Source: Epithemia pelagica
Lineage: Eukaryota > Protista > Bacillariophyta
NCBI GenBank assembly: GCA_946965045.2
Contig: OX337233.1
Span: forward strand, 2,976,001 to 3,040,000
Direction: 5' to 3'
Length of the DNA stretch: 64,000 nucleotides
Shown: positions 62,472-64,000 of the stretch, in pieces
How the letters are laid out: each line of letters opens with the position of its first letter
Position numbering within the stretch: position 1 is the stretch's first letter
The notes under the pieces: generated by a model
Databases searched by the model: none
What the model was told of the DNA's origin: nothing
Seen by the model: the letters and a program-made list of their open reading frames with translations, nothing else
Translations under genes and position numbers: made by a program

Positions 62472-63086
62472 AGGGCTGGGGATACCGATCCATGTACATC
62501 TAAGTAGGCTCAGTACAAAAGCTACGTAGAGTACATAAAATCACATAGTACACGTCACGCCGGAAATGGTTGGAATTTCAAAAAAATGCAAAAACGCTCG
62601 ACAATGATGGCGAGATCCGGTGACGCCGTATGCATTCATCCATGCATCGCATAAACATCCAACCACCGTAAGTCCTTTGCCCTTACCTTTGAAATTGTTG
62701 TCTGAAATTACAGAAGATTTGCCAAGTTGGCTGAAAAGGTACGCTCATTTTTCTGCAGTGATGAAATCGAACGACCGCCCTAACTCATTCATTTTTCAAG
62801 GGTGCCTGAATCAAAGTGAAAGCAAAGTTGCTCTAGTTGTAAAGATTCTTATTGTAAAAGTGATTGAGGCAGGCTCAATTATTGAGGAAGTTATGGCCAT
62901 GGGGGTGATGACTTCCATCATTGTCGAATGATGGCTTCCGGATTGAACCTTTTCTATCGGTGGCAAGTTTACGACGTGCGACTCGGTGTGACCATCCGCC
63001 CCACTTCTTACACAGACGAAAATAGTACTACGTAGGTTAATGTACTGAGCCTACTTAGATGTACATGGATCGGTATCCCCAGCCCT
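62472..63086. mobile_element. 615-bp MITE with 46-bp perfect TIRs
   Basis: AGGGCTGGGGATACCGATCCATGTACATCTAAGTAGGCTCAGTACA at 62472-62517, reverse complement at 63041-63086; TA on both flanks. Confidence 0.92.
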
Positions 63087-64000
63087 TAAGAGACAGAAAA
63101 GAGAGGAGAGACGAGAGACCCCAAGATTGGGGGAACGTTGGGAGGAATTCAACGGATACAGTGTGGGATCAAGACTTAAAGTTTTCTATCAAACTATCCA
63201 TCCACCGGTCGGTTCCGCGCACGCCGAGCTTCCTGCGCCGAAATGTTTTGCGCCGTCCCTCGTTTTCCATTCGTCCAAGCCCAAAAGAACCAAAACGCTG
63301 CGGTCCTTGTCGGACAAGTGGTGGTCGGAATGGTTTCCAATCGCTTCATTCCGCCACATTCCTGGTTTCCTCAATAGGCGAGCTTGTTGGGATCTCCAAT
63401 TAGGCGCATCGGGGTGGTAAAAAAAATCAAGGCAAAAATCAAGATTCGAGTTTCGAGGTGGGGTCTTCTACGGGCCTCGAATTCTTAACCTAGGATCTTT
63501 CACGGTGGTAAAAGATTAATTTTGAGTTTCGAGTTTCGAGGTCGCGTTTCGCCTGTTTCCTGTGCTCGACGTGTAGACAACGTCGAGAATCGAGAACGAG
63601 ATTGGAAACGACACAAACCATTCTGTACGCACTACTCTCTGCGACAAGAGCAACATCTCTGCGACAAGAGCAACAAGAAGAGGTTCGGACAATGACGGAG
63701 AAATGTCCATGGTGTTGTCTAGCAGTTACTACACTAAAGTGATATGACGAGAAAGGGGAGAATCAACAACAACTGGGGTGGGGCTTCATACATACCCTAA
63801 ATACTAGTTTGTCTGTTGGTATTGTCAGCCTTTGCACACGGTCCCAAACTAGTTTGCATTTCGACAAAGACAACAGCAAGAAGAGATGAGGATGATGTTT
63901 GGAGTTTGGAGTTGTGAGAAAACGTACGACAGCAACTTCCGGTAATGGACTCAAAACGTACGAAATCTTTCTACTTCTCAGAGTATCGTCGCGATAAAAC

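Noticed and set aside
61850-63700. Larger element enclosing the 62.5-kb MITE (caaatg.atgca and gagtttcgag repeats)
   Set aside because: No matching TIRs, LTRs or TSD found by eye.

Overview
Eukaryotic, GC-balanced, gene-dense window with short GT-AG introns. The gene families and bipartite (signal + transit) presequences point to a diatom, probably pennate; the species cannot be determined from sequence alone. Recognisable genes: 3' part of a class C GPCR, COG6, a CCCH-WD40 protein, an M16 insulinase with a twin-arginine signal, a fasciclin, two tandem sulfotransferase-like genes, a 7-unit polyubiquitin, a parvulin-MiaB fusion, a Rieske protein, an Hsp100/Clp ATPase with an STI1-like insert, two tandem CesT-like chaperone genes, a TPR protein and an EGF membrane protein. 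Many genes are broken or duplicated: Kelch, a Crinkler-like NTPase-nuclease, Arf (three partial copies), an inverted TPR copy, PhyH and an ANF-receptor fragment. The best candidate for an undescribed system is an apparently young 5,066-bp PIF/Harbinger-superfamily transposon at 51514-56579. It has 25-bp TIRs, a CTG target duplication, four intact intronless ORFs and same-orientation TGTATCGG arrays at both ends. Two MITEs with clear TIRs were also found (13541-14110, 62472-63086). No rRNA, tRNA or CRISPR array was recognised. All family calls come from motif recognition by eye, not database searches.
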